64,000 nt of DNA from a virus. A program made the translations under genes and the position numbers. How positions within the stretch are numbered: position 1 is the stretch's first letter; every line of letters starts with the position of its first letter. The stretch is from positions 32,001 through 96,000 of the IMG/VR virus record IMGVR_UViG_3300049811_000081; one strand, 5' to 3'. The notes below the pieces were generated by a model. That model saw only the letters and a program-made list of their open reading frames with translations. It had not been told where the DNA came from and made no database searches. Positions 36,847-46,592 of this stretch are shown in pieces.

Positions 36847-38673
36847 TCATGACAAAAGATCCTTGGTACTTAATATGACCGTCTTTCTATTTTGTGGCCC
36901 CAACATATTTGTTTTTGATAATCTCTTTGTTCTCTTTTTGAGTGCTTCGATTGGGGTTTCAAATATTTCTGGTGGTGCCTGATTACAATAATGTCTTGCT
37001 TGAATAATGTCACCGGTTTTAATATTGACTTCACAAGTTACTCTAAGTCCATTTTCATCTCTCAGAGAAACAATGATACTCTCTTCTTTATTTATATAAG
37101 AACTTACACAATGATGCATATAAGTACCTTCAGATGTGTATTCTAAACCAGATTTTAATAATACGGGTTTAATAACTACACCACCATCAATAACAATATC
37201 GGTTTCGATTGTTTTAATGGTATTTTCATCAAACGTTAAAATTGTTTCTGTTTTCTTTTTTAAAATATTATTTAATAGTGAAAAGTGTCGGTGTTCTTCA
37301 TAAAAACCTGTAACTGTTTTTGCGGACAACTCGACATCGGTAAAATGGTCTTTAATTTTTCTATACATTTTGAAATGATCGGCGATATCGTTAAAAATAG
37401 TTAACAATCTGGTAAAGTCTTTTATGGTTTTAATATGAGTAACCCAAGAGTTAATAATGTTAACGATGTAGTTTTTTTCAAACAAACTTAAATCACCAAT
37501 ACGTACATTAACCATGTGATCATAATGGTTTTTATAAAAATTTTTACCTGACATTATATGGTAATCCACCAATTTATCGGGGGTTGAAGATAATTGACGA
37601 CATTCATTTTGATAGTATGTTTCCCAATCGATTTTTGAAACCCAATGATTAGCATCCTCACCAAAGATATCATACGTACATTTCAATAAAACAACATTTT
37701 TTATGGGTGTTCTATGTAAGATTTTAATTGTGGTTTTGGATTTAATTCCCAACATATCAAGAATTGATGAAACAAGTTTTCTCTTGTTTTTTTTAAGATA
37801 TTTCTCTGTTGGATAATATTCTTTGAGCCAATGAGCATAATCGGAGTTAGGGACACCGATTTTTTTTGTTTTAATAAAAAAATCAACCAATTTAAAATAC
37901 AACATAAGTAATGATTCTCTATTGATTTTAGATCCATTAATGGGTTTAAAATCGAATTCATTACCAAATATCTTGTATATTTCCATAAAAAAATCAACAT
38001 CTTTTCTTTGGTTATGAGTTGCTGGGTCATACTCTTTGAACATCACCTCAAGAGTTCTCATCAATGAATGAAAGTCATTTGTTAAAAATTTTTTATTTCT
38101 TAAGTTTGACTTTTCTGTTTTACTTATTGTTGTTATGACAAAATTACCCGTTTTGAGATTAATGGTTATTGAATGGGAGTGGTATGATGACCTGAAAAAC
38201 CTTTTATTATATGGTCTTCTATTGATACCATTAAAAACATTGATAGTTAGTTTATCTCCGTTTTTAAAAATTTTTCTAATTATTTTGTTAACTTGAATAG
38301 TTGAAAATGGGTTATCATAATGTCTTTTAATGGTGTGATCTTTTGTTGTGGTAAATACGGTGGATCTACTCCCATATTTTTTATCGTAAAAAGGGTTGAT
38401 TACTTCTTCAAATGGGACATTAAATGTTTTTTCACCATGAGAATGGAAATAAACAGAATTTACATTACCCATTTTATTTTTTGGAATTCCAAAATATGAC
38501 TTTTTATCGTTATAATTGAATAGGGTCATCTCATGAAAGGGTTCAGCAAAAATCCAACTTGCTCTGAGCGGATTTGGATTACTTGGTTGTCCTGGTCGGT
38601 CTATTAATCTTGAATAATTTTTTAATATGGAAATTTGTACATAACCGAATTGTTCGAAATAAATGTTTTCCAT
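36847..38673 (-). CDS. PcfJ-like domain protein (tandem paralog)
   Basis: LKSGLEYTSEGTYMHHCVSSY...RVTCE...IQARHYCN. Confidence 0.78.
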   Translation of the reverse strand: MENIYFEQFGYVQISILKNYSRLIDRPGQPSNPNPLRASWIFAEPFHEMTLFNYNDKKSYFGIPKNKMGNVNSVYFHSHGEKTFNVPFEEVINPFYDKKYGSRSTVFTTTKDHTIKRHYDNPFSTIQVNKIIRKIFKNGDKLTINVFNGINRRPYNKRFFRSSYHSHSITINLKTGNFVITTISKTEKSNLRNKKFLTNDFHSLMRTLEVMFKEYDPATHNQRKDVDFFMEIYKIFGNEFDFKPINGSKINRESLLMLYFKLVDFFIKTKKIGVPNSDYAHWLKEYYPTEKYLKKNKRKLVSSILDMLGIKSKTTIKILHRTPIKNVVLLKCTYDIFGEDANHWVSKIDWETYYQNECRQLSSTPDKLVDYHIMSGKNFYKNHYDHMVNVRIGDLSLFEKNYIVNIINSWVTHIKTIKDFTRLLTIFNDIADHFKMYRKIKDHFTDVELSAKTVTGFYEEHRHFSLLNNILKKKTETILTFDENTIKTIETDIVIDGGVVIKPVLLKSGLEYTSEGTYMHHCVSSYINKEESIIVSLRDENGLRVTCEVNIKTGDIIQARHYCNQAPPEIFETPIEALKKRTKRLSKTNMLGPQNRKTVILSTKDLLS

Positions 38674-38703
38674 GATTTATATATTTATATAAAAAAAGAT
38701 TTT

Positions 38704-38832
38704 ATGGCAAAAGGTAAAAGTATTTCAGACAAAATTAAGGTTACTTTCGGTAAAAGAAAAAAGGGTAAATCAGCTAAAAGTCATAACAAACACGATAGAA
38801 GTGAAAAAAATTACAGGGGTCAGGGAAGATAA
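38704..38832 (+). CDS. Small basic phage protein ending YRGQGR
   Basis: MAKGKS...KNYRGQGR; start moved to ATG 38704; TATTTATA upstream. Confidence 0.7.
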   Translation: MAKGKSISDKIKVTFGKRKKGKSAKSHNKHDRSEKNYRGQGR

Positions 38833-38936
38833 TTACATTTCATTAATATCATAAAGGTCACCATAATTAGTGATAATACAAGAATTGCTGTGGTATAAAC
38901 AACAATTGGTTTATCCGCATCATTATCTTTTTTCAT
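38820..38936 (-). CDS. Very small membrane protein (38 aa, not in ORF track)
   Basis: Manual translation MKKDNDADKPIVVYTTAILVLSLIMVTFMILMKCNYLP. Confidence 0.45.
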   Translation of the reverse strand: MKKDNDADKPIVVYTTAILVLSLIMVTFMILMKCNYLP

Positions 38937-39517
38937 TGTTTAAAATAAAACATCAAAAACAAAAATATACATATTAAAATTCCAGAAATAAACCCAATTG
39001 TTATTCCTTTAATTACTGATATACTATTCCTTTCCCACCACTTAAAAAATCCATAATTTTTAATCTCATCAATAGGGTGGTTATACAAATTTTTTGGTTC
39101 ATTTAATTCCTGAAAAAAATTTGGGCTTGTTATGTTATTAACATAGAAATTATAATGATAACAAGACATTATTGCGTCATAAAGTATGTCAAAACCAACA
39201 TCCTTTTTTAAAAATGTGCAACAACCATTTTTAATAACTCTTGAAACAAATTCTTTATCTATGTTATCCGATATTGGTATAATTTTAACATCTTTATATT
39301 GTATCTTTATATTGGATATGATATTCATTGTGTCGATATTATCGATATCAATGATTATAACATCGGGTGTCTCGTGAGACGTATAATTAAGATTTAAAGG
39401 GTTTAAAACCCGACCGACTATTTTTAAATTATCTTTTGTTTGAAAAAAAGAGCACATCCCCTCACAATATATTGGATATGGGGTAAAAATGAGAACCTTT
39501 ATTTTATCGGGGGTCAT
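38933..39517 (-). CDS. Receiver (REC) domain protein with C-terminal TM helix
   Basis: IKVLI...PDVIIIDI...FLKK NarL-type REC; no HTH; hydrophobic C-terminus. Confidence 0.7.
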   Translation of the reverse strand: MTPDKIKVLIFTPYPIYCEGMCSFFQTKDNLKIVGRVLNPLNLNYTSHETPDVIIIDIDNIDTMNIISNIKIQYKDVKIIPISDNIDKEFVSRVIKNGCCTFLKKDVGFDILYDAIMSCYHYNFYVNNITSPNFFQELNEPKNLYNHPIDEIKNYGFFKWWERNSISVIKGITIGFISGILICIFLFLMFYFKQ

Positions 39518-39825
39518 AATACTTTGAAAGAGTACGTGTTTTTGGAATTTTCAACCTCGTCAAGCCAGTCATCGTCATCGATATCATCTGGTTTATTTTG
39601 TAAAACAAGTTTCACAACCAACAATAAATGTTCGCCGTCAATATATGACCATCCATCCTTTATATCGTTAATCCTACTTTCAAGTGTTTCATCAATTAAA
39701 CGAGTATCTGTTTCAACAAAAATGTATTTATCAAGATCTTCCAAATATATTTCCGAAAATCTTTCATTAACTTCTTTGTATAAAACTTTTGTAATCATAA
39801 CGGAAAAAAATATTTTGTGACACAA
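39514..39825 (-). CDS. Hypothetical acidic protein
   Basis: ORF track; start uncertain. Confidence 0.6.
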   Translation of the reverse strand: MCHKIFFSVMITKVLYKEVNERFSEIYLEDLDKYIFVETDTRLIDETLESRINDIKDGWSYIDGEHLLLVVKLVLQNKPDDIDDDDWLDEVENSKNTYSFKVL

Positions 39826-40127
39826 TATACATTATGTGAACTAATAAGTCCCCACGGAAAATTTTCTTCAATATTAAATTGTTTTTCAACTTCTTTTTTA
39901 AGAAACTCTGTTGTTAAAAAAGTGTTTCCACCCATTTTTGATTGTACACTTCTATAAAGTGTACTGTGGGTAGAAAACAATAATCCAGATCGTCCCGCAT
40001 TTTTAAAATAACATTCAAATATTAATTCTGTTCCATCAAAAATAAAAACTTTGTTGGGGTATTCTCTAAAATCCATTTTGGCGGTTGCTCTCCCCCAAAC
40101 CTCGTTAAATTCTTCTTGTATTGTCAT
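39795..40127 (-). CDS. Hypothetical protein, divergent MTPEE-family paralog
   Basis: MTxxEEFNEVW...MDFxEYPN shared with 1..146. Confidence 0.65.
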   Translation of the reverse strand: MTIQEEFNEVWGRATAKMDFREYPNKVFIFDGTELIFECYFKNAGRSGLLFSTHSTLYRSVQSKMGGNTFLTTEFLKKEVEKQFNIEENFPWGLISSHNVYCVTKYFFPL

Positions 40128-40289
40128 TTATTTTCTTAATATCCTAATACTTGTTACAAGTGTCGCTACAACCAAAAAAGAAAAAAAGTAAATCATGTAA
40201 TCGGGGAAAAACCACGCAATCAATGAAATAATGGTTATTAAAGAAATTATCCCCAAAACCATCAATAAAATTTTAAAATTGTTATCCAT
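40128..40289 (-). CDS. Small 2-TM protein (53 aa, not in ORF track)
   Basis: Manual translation MDNNFKILLMVLGII...SIRILRK. Confidence 0.55.
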   Translation of the reverse strand: MDNNFKILLMVLGIISLITIISLIAWFFPDYMIYFFSFLVVATLVTSIRILRK

Positions 40290-40292
40290 AAA

Positions 40293-40520
40293 TTAGACTT
40301 TATATTTGATTTGAAATTCAACCCCCCACGAGAATGTTAACCACTTAAAGGTAAACGAAACCGGAGAAATTTCCTCAGTATTTTTTAAAATTTTATTTTG
40401 ATTATATACAAAAACGACTGTTGGTAGAATGTACCACGTTAAATTATCGAAGCTATAATATGATGTTATTGAACAAAATACGTTCCCAAAGAAATTTAAA
40501 TGCTTAGTGTTCAATGTCAT
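40293..40520 (-). CDS. Hypothetical protein
   Basis: ORF track. Confidence 0.5.
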   Translation of the reverse strand: MTLNTKHLNFFGNVFCSITSYYSFDNLTWYILPTVVFVYNQNKILKNTEEISPVSFTFKWLTFSWGVEFQIKYKV

Positions 40521-40710
40521 TGTTTTTTAATTTAGATAATGATTTATATAAATAATGAGCCTCTTTTAAATTAAATATCCCGTTTTGTTGGGCATATGTA
40601 ATGGCTATTTCAATTATCCTGATTGCGTTTTCATTATCGATGTTATCAATAAACTCATTAAATTCTGTTTGAGTTTCAAACTCTATTAGTCCACCAAAAA
40701 GTACGTCCAT
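40504..40710 (-). CDS. Hypothetical protein
   Basis: ORF track. Confidence 0.6.
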   Translation of the reverse strand: MDVLFGGLIEFETQTEFNEFIDNIDNENAIRIIEIAITYAQQNGIFNLKEAHYLYKSLSKLKNNDIEH

Positions 40711-40756
40711 GTATAAATTATAAGGAAAATATTTTATTATTTATATAATTATAGTT

Positions 40757-41119
40757 ATGTCGGTAAGAATTGGGGATAAAATTTATGACGCGGAATACCT
40801 CACAACACCAGAAGAAACAGAACGAGGGATGATGGGTAGAACCGAATTAGATGGGTGTATGGTCTTCAAATTGAATAAAGGTCATCATTCATTTTGGATG
40901 AAGGGGTGTAAAATACCATTGGATATTGTTTTTGTTTTAAACAATCGTATTTCTAAAATACATCAAAATTGTCCCGTTCCTGATGAGCACAGAATGAACC
41001 CCCCGAAATATACGGGAATTGGAGATCACGTTATTGAATTTCCTGCCGGTGTTGCTTCGGGATTTAAAGTGGGGGATCGGGTATCAATGTATCTTGGATC
41101 ACCTGAAAATCCTGTATAA
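40757..41119 (+). CDS. DUF192 family protein
   Basis: RGMMGR..GxMVF...FWMK...PLDIVF...VIEFPAG..GDRV. Confidence 0.88.
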   Translation: MSVRIGDKIYDAEYLTTPEETERGMMGRTELDGCMVFKLNKGHHSFWMKGCKIPLDIVFVLNNRISKIHQNCPVPDEHRMNPPKYTGIGDHVIEFPAGVASGFKVGDRVSMYLGSPENPV

Positions 41120-41130
41120 CGTCTTCTGTT

Positions 41131-41952
41131 TCATTTAAAATTCCTGATTGTTTTGACATTATCTAAAATAATTTTCTTTCTATTCAAATAGAATTCATCA
41201 CAATCTTTATATAAAAATTTTTTTATTTTTTCACATTTTCTATTACCCGAATAAAAAACATCGACAATATTGCCATTACATTTTTTACAAGGTAAAATCT
41301 TTGAGGGATTTATATTACACTCTTTGGATATTATATTATTGATTTCAACAATTAAATTATTATTTCCTGTAAAATATATTCTTGATTGATTTTTTTTGTT
41401 TATGTTTACTCCACCATCACCATCAAAAACTCCCCTAATAAAATGATTAATATACGCCTTATTTATTTTTGGGAATGTTGTAAAATGAGTTTTGTTTTTT
41501 ATACATCCATGCTTTGTTAAATCTTCAGAAATTTTTTTTGAAAATATAGTTAATATACTAGTTTTTTTAACCGTATTATATCCCCCTTTTAGATGTGTTG
41601 TTTTTATGTTTCCTCCATATTCAATACATTTTTTGAATTTTTCTATAATCTCCACATCTTTTTCTGTTAGTGTAATTTTTAATCCTCTCCCCGTATTGCT
41701 TCCATCACTATACATCAATCCTAAAAAATATGCTTTGTCTACACTATTAATCACATCAAAATAATCTTCATTTAATTTATATATCCTTTTGAATGATGGT
41801 CTTATTTTTACATCATTTTTTTTTAAAATATACCTTATGCTTTGTGGAGAAACACCATATCTTTTAGAAATAACAATAGATGATAACCCGAATAAATAAG
41901 ATTCGATAATTGATTTTATAGTATCCTGACTAAAATTTAGTTTCTTTCTCAT
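41131..41952 (-). mobile_element. Free-standing two-motif LAGLIDADG homing endonuclease with N-terminal HTH
   Basis: AYFLGLMYSDG and HFIRGVFDGDG motifs; YLxRK terminus. Confidence 0.88.
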
Positions 41953-42091
41953 TAAAATATTTTATCAACAAATCATTTGTTAATGATGACAGATTAATGT
42001 GTTTTTCTTTTACTAATTTTTCAATTATAGGATCTATTGTTATGGTCACCCTAATTTTCTTAAGATTTTTATTCATTTTCTGTCTACCCAT
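41930..42091 (-). CDS. Small ribbon-helix-helix-like protein (53 aa, not in ORF track)
   Basis: Manual translation MGRQKM...KIRVTITIDP...INLSSLTNDLLIKYF. Confidence 0.6.
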   Translation of the reverse strand: MGRQKMNKNLKKIRVTITIDPIIEKLVKEKHINLSSLTNDLLIKYFNEKETKF

Positions 42092-42133
42092 AATAATAAA
42101 TATATGATTTATATAAAAAGTATTACTTATTGA

Positions 42134-42835
42134 TTAAATACCGAAATAAAAATTTTTAAAATCTTCTTTTTTAAAAACCTGAAAATACGAGTGATATTTT
42201 CTACCGTGTTGTTGATTTGCATGTTTCGGGCTTATAATTCTATTTTTTGCCAAAAGAATAAACAAATCTTTGGGGTAGAACCCTACTTTAACCGCCATAT
42301 TATGGCTATAATTGTGTAAAAGATATTGAATTCCTCCACTTATCTGATCCTGAGTTTTAAAAATTAAAATTCCATTTGGTTTTAAAACTCTATGCGATTC
42401 ATTAATCCAATGTTGGTAGGAATCCAACAATTCATTTATATTTCTATATCCAGAAAATCTTTTTCCGATTATACAGCTACCCGTTTTATATTCCTTTACA
42501 TTTTTATTTCCTTGAATAATAAAAGGTAAGTCAACCATAATAGTATCGATAGATTCATCGTCGAGTGGGATAAATTCTCCCAAATCTAAAGTATCTTCTG
42601 TTTGTGGAAATTTATCAAATTTAAATTTTGGTTTTGGTATTCCTGTTTTTTTATAAAAATTACCTTTTGAATATGTTATATCGCAATCAATCAAACCACT
42701 AGGGACATGTAATTTTAGTATGTTTTTAATGATTACTCCCTGATCATAATCGATAGATTTAATAACATCATTATTTGTTGATTTAGTTTTCTCGACCCCA
42801 TTTTCTTCTATTTTAGAAATCATACTGGTATCCAT
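42134..42835 (-). CDS. Putative DNA adenine methyltransferase
   Basis: DITYSKGNFY SAM-like motif, DLPF catalytic motif, RVLKPNGILIFK. Confidence 0.75.
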   Translation of the reverse strand: MDTSMISKIEENGVEKTKSTNNDVIKSIDYDQGVIIKNILKLHVPSGLIDCDITYSKGNFYKKTGIPKPKFKFDKFPQTEDTLDLGEFIPLDDESIDTIMVDLPFIIQGNKNVKEYKTGSCIIGKRFSGYRNINELLDSYQHWINESHRVLKPNGILIFKTQDQISGGIQYLLHNYSHNMAVKVGFYPKDLFILLAKNRIISPKHANQQHGRKYHSYFQVFKKEDFKNFYFGI

Positions 42836-42909
42836 TGATTTTATATTTTTATTTAACTATATTTTTATTATTAAAATAATAAACTAAAATATTTATAAAA
42901 AAAAATACT

Positions 42910-43059
42910 ATGAGTTGTGGATGCAAGGGTAAAAAACCCGCTGAACAAACAAATACAGTAAATAATCCAGTAAACATTAGTGTAAAGGTTAACGAAACTC
43001 AAACAGGTCAGTCAACCAATACTAATACTACTGATAAAAAAGATAACACAAATTCTTAA
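42910..43059 (+). CDS. Small MSCGCK protein (49 aa, not in ORF track)
   Basis: Manual translation; preceded by TATTTATA. Confidence 0.6.
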   Translation: MSCGCKGKKPAEQTNTVNNPVNISVKVNETQTGQSTNTNTTDKKDNTNS

Positions 43060-43123
43060 TTAAATAACATCAAAATTTGATCGGGTTTTCTATTTTATAT
43101 ATTTATATATAAAATATATAACA

Positions 43124-43324
43124 ATGCAAGAAGATTTAACGAAACTAACGAGTGTAAAAATAATTAGAAAAAATTATTTTGATTTTAAGAAAGCAACTGC
43201 CCATACAAATATCACGTTACAAAAATTTGTAAACAGGGCACTGGACTTGTACCTAACAAACACAGAATTTAAGGAAAAAGTGGATGGTCACGAAACAAGT
43301 GGAGTTAAAAACTCAAAATATTGA
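43124..43324 (+). CDS. Small RHH-like protein heading the glycosylation operon
   Basis: LTSVKI...TLQKFVNRALDLY. Confidence 0.6.
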   Translation: MQEDLTKLTSVKIIRKNYFDFKKATAHTNITLQKFVNRALDLYLTNTEFKEKVDGHETSGVKNSKY

Positions 43325-43327
43325 TTA

Positions 43328-44701
43328 ATGAAGAAAAAAATATTGTTATTATGTGACGATCTTAGATTGGTCTCAGGTGTAGCCACAATGGCCAAGGAGA
43401 TTGTTTATGGTACCGTTCATAAGTACGATTGGGTTCAACTTGGAGCAGCAATAAAAAACCCAGATTATGGTAAAATAGTTGATTTAAACGAAGAAGTTAG
43501 AAAAGAAACGGGGGTACCTGACGCTAATGTCAAAATAATTCCTAATAACGACTACGGTAACATATTTCTTCTTAGAAATCTCATAAAAGAAGAAAAACCA
43601 GACGCTATATTACACTTTACCGATCCACATTTTTGGGAATGGTTATATAACAACGAAAATGAAATAAGACAACAAATACCTATTTTATTTTATCATGTTT
43701 GGGATAGTCTACCAAATCCCCAATATAATAGAAACTATTATGAAAGTTGTGATTGGATAGGTTGTATCTCAAGACAAACATATGGTATCGTCAATAACGT
43801 TGGAAAAAGAACGGATTTCAAAACATTTAAACCATTAGAAGATTGGCAAATAGATTATGTTCCACATGGGGTAAATCCAAATGTTTTTAAACCTCTTGAG
43901 GAAATTAATAAAGACATAAGAAAAACCGTATTTAATGGCAGTGAATTTGATTTCGTTATATTCTACAATAGTAGAAATATCAGAAGAAAACAACCATCGG
44001 ATATCATTTATTCATTTAAGTTGTTTTGTGATCAATTACCCAAAGAACGAGCTGATAGGTGTTTATTATTGATGAGAACCGAATCTGTTGACGAAAACGG
44101 TACTGATTTAGTTAGGGTATCCGAAGATCTGGCACCAAACTGTAAAATACATTTTTTGGATGTTAGAATAAGTCAAAGTGAATTGAATGAACTATATAAC
44201 ATCGCAGATTGTACCGTGAATATTTCCAATAATGAGGGATTTGGTATTTCAACAATTGAAAGTTTAATGGCTGGAACTCCCATAATTGTTAATGTAACTG
44301 GAGGTCTACAAGACCAATGTGGGTTTAATATTGATGGTAAAGAATTTACCGAAAAAGATTATATCGATATTGGATCATTACATAATAAAGAGAAATGGTC
44401 TCATATCGATCATGGTAATTGGTGTATTCCGATTTGGTCGGTTTCACAAACAATTAATGGGTCCCCGATGACCCCATATATCTTTGAAGATAGGATTAAT
44501 CATGATGATGTGTCAGATACATTTATGCAAATGTACCTATTAGGTAGAGATAGACGAAAAAAAATGGGTTTAGAGGGTAGAGATTGGGTGATGAAAAACT
44601 TTTCCTCAAGTGTAATGTGTGAAAAAATGATAAACGGAATTGAGACCGCGTTTAATAAATTCAAAAAGAAAGAAAAATATAGATTATACAAAATCATATG
44701 A
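43328..44701 (+). CDS. GT4-family glycosyltransferase
   Basis: SGVA, VPHG, RNIRRK and EGFGISxxE..MAGTPII motifs. Confidence 0.9.
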   Translation: MKKKILLLCDDLRLVSGVATMAKEIVYGTVHKYDWVQLGAAIKNPDYGKIVDLNEEVRKETGVPDANVKIIPNNDYGNIFLLRNLIKEEKPDAILHFTDPHFWEWLYNNENEIRQQIPILFYHVWDSLPNPQYNRNYYESCDWIGCISRQTYGIVNNVGKRTDFKTFKPLEDWQIDYVPHGVNPNVFKPLEEINKDIRKTVFNGSEFDFVIFYNSRNIRRKQPSDIIYSFKLFCDQLPKERADRCLLLMRTESVDENGTDLVRVSEDLAPNCKIHFLDVRISQSELNELYNIADCTVNISNNEGFGISTIESLMAGTPIIVNVTGGLQDQCGFNIDGKEFTEKDYIDIGSLHNKEKWSHIDHGNWCIPIWSVSQTINGSPMTPYIFEDRINHDDVSDTFMQMYLLGRDRRKKMGLEGRDWVMKNFSSSVMCEKMINGIETAFNKFKKKEKYRLYKII

Positions 44702-45948
44702 ATAGACCATTTTTATTATTTAGAGGACCGGTAGAAAGTGTGTCGGGGTATGGTTCACATTCCAGAGATTTATTGAGAGCATTATATGATATGGATCTAT
44801 TTCATATCAGAGTAGATAGTTCCAATTGGGGGATTACTCCATTAACCGCTTTGGAAGATAATAATCTATTTCATAAATGGATTAAAGATAATATTGTTAC
44901 GAATATTCAATCCATACCCGACGTTTATGTTCAAGTTACGGTTCCCAACGAATTCAGACCTATTGGAAAGTTTAACATCGGAATAACTGCGGGCATAGAG
45001 ACAACCATAATACCTTTCGATTGGATTGATGGTTGTAATAAAATGGATTTAATTATTACAACATCACAATTTTCGAAAACTGTTTTAAGTGAGACCGTTT
45101 ATGATGAAAAAAATAAAGAAACTAATCAAGTAATAAAACAACATAGGATAATCAAACCCATTGAAGTTTTATTTGAGGGTGCCGACACAAACATATATAA
45201 TGACGTATATAAAAATTTTGATTTGGATATTTCAGAAGATTTTTGCTTTGTTTTCGTCGGTCATTGGTTAAAAGGAAATTTGGGTGAGGATAGGAAAAAT
45301 ATTGGTTGGTTGATTAAAACTTTTGTGGATACGTTTAAAAATGAACCCAACAAACCCGCACTAATACTTAAAACATCTTCGGGAACATTTTCTGTTATTG
45401 ACAGAGAATCGATCAGGGAAAAGATAATGAAATTGATTGCGGGTATTGAGAACCCACCTTCAATATATCTATTATTTGGTGATCTAACAGATGAAGAAAT
45501 GAATAATCTCTATAATCACCCAAAGGTTAAGGCTATGGTTAGTTTCACACGCGGAGAGGGTTTCGGTAGACCTTTATTGGAATTTACAATGACGGGGAAG
45601 CCCGTAATAGCATCAAACTGGTCTGGTCATAAAGATTTTTTAAATGAACATTATTCAGTTCTACTTAGTGGGACATTAACTCCTGTTCATGATAGTGCTG
45701 TTGATCAATTTATTTTGAAAGATAGTCGTTGGTTTAGTGTTGACTACAAAAACGCGTCGTTTGTTTTGAAACAGGTAAAAGATAACTACGATTTTTTTCT
45801 TAAAAAATCAAATACGTTAATGAACATTAATAAAGTGAAATTCTCCTATACTAAAATGGTGGAAGCATTTAAAGATATTATTACCCCACATTTACCAAAC
45901 ATTTCAGAAAATAGTTTATTATTACCAGAATTAACAAAAGTTGCATGA
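44698..45948 (+). CDS. GT4-family glycosyltransferase
   Basis: SGYG, DRKN and GEGFGRPLLE motifs. Confidence 0.9.
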   Translation: MNRPFLLFRGPVESVSGYGSHSRDLLRALYDMDLFHIRVDSSNWGITPLTALEDNNLFHKWIKDNIVTNIQSIPDVYVQVTVPNEFRPIGKFNIGITAGIETTIIPFDWIDGCNKMDLIITTSQFSKTVLSETVYDEKNKETNQVIKQHRIIKPIEVLFEGADTNIYNDVYKNFDLDISEDFCFVFVGHWLKGNLGEDRKNIGWLIKTFVDTFKNEPNKPALILKTSSGTFSVIDRESIREKIMKLIAGIENPPSIYLLFGDLTDEEMNNLYNHPKVKAMVSFTRGEGFGRPLLEFTMTGKPVIASNWSGHKDFLNEHYSVLLSGTLTPVHDSAVDQFILKDSRWFSVDYKNASFVLKQVKDNYDFFLKKSNTLMNINKVKFSYTKMVEAFKDIITPHLPNISENSLLLPELTKVA

Positions 45949-46556
45949 TAAATTTAATTTACGGTATTACCGTGTGTGATGAACACGAAGAGATAATTAG
46001 ATTATTAAATCTATTAAAAAATAATACCAAAGATGAGATTGTTGTCCAATACGATTTAACAAAAACCCCACAATCATTGCTTGATGACATAAAAAAATAT
46101 GATGTTAAAATCTTTGAACAACCATTTAATGGAGACTTTTCTAAATTTAAGAATGAGTTAAATTTAACTTGTCAAATTCTTGGGGCGGACTATATATTCC
46201 AATTAGATGCTGACGAACTTTTATCAGAAACACTAATTAAAAGTGTAAAGTCAATGGTGTATCGAAATAGTGAGTGTGAATTATTTTACTTACCGAGAAT
46301 AAATACTGTTCAAGGTATCACCGAAGAACATGTCAAAATGTGGGGATGGTCAATTAATGAAAAAGGTTATATAAACTTCCCCGATAATCAAGGAAGAATA
46401 TTTCGTTCCCATTTAAGATGGGGAGGTAAAGTTCATGAAAGTATTGTAGGAATGAAAAACTACATGTTCTTCCCGATAAAGGAAGAATATTGTATCATAC
46501 ATAACAAAACAATAGAAAAACAAGAAAAACAAAATACATTATATTCCGGGTTGTAA
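45945..46556 (+). CDS. GT2-family glycosyltransferase
   Basis: ITVCDE, LDADE, PDxQxR and WxGKVHE motifs. Confidence 0.85.
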   Translation: MINLIYGITVCDEHEEIIRLLNLLKNNTKDEIVVQYDLTKTPQSLLDDIKKYDVKIFEQPFNGDFSKFKNELNLTCQILGADYIFQLDADELLSETLIKSVKSMVYRNSECELFYLPRINTVQGITEEHVKMWGWSINEKGYINFPDNQGRIFRSHLRWGGKVHESIVGMKNYMFFPIKEEYCIIHNKTIEKQEKQNTLYSGL

Positions 46557-46592
46557 TTCCTTTTTAGACATATTTTATTTATATTTTATCAT

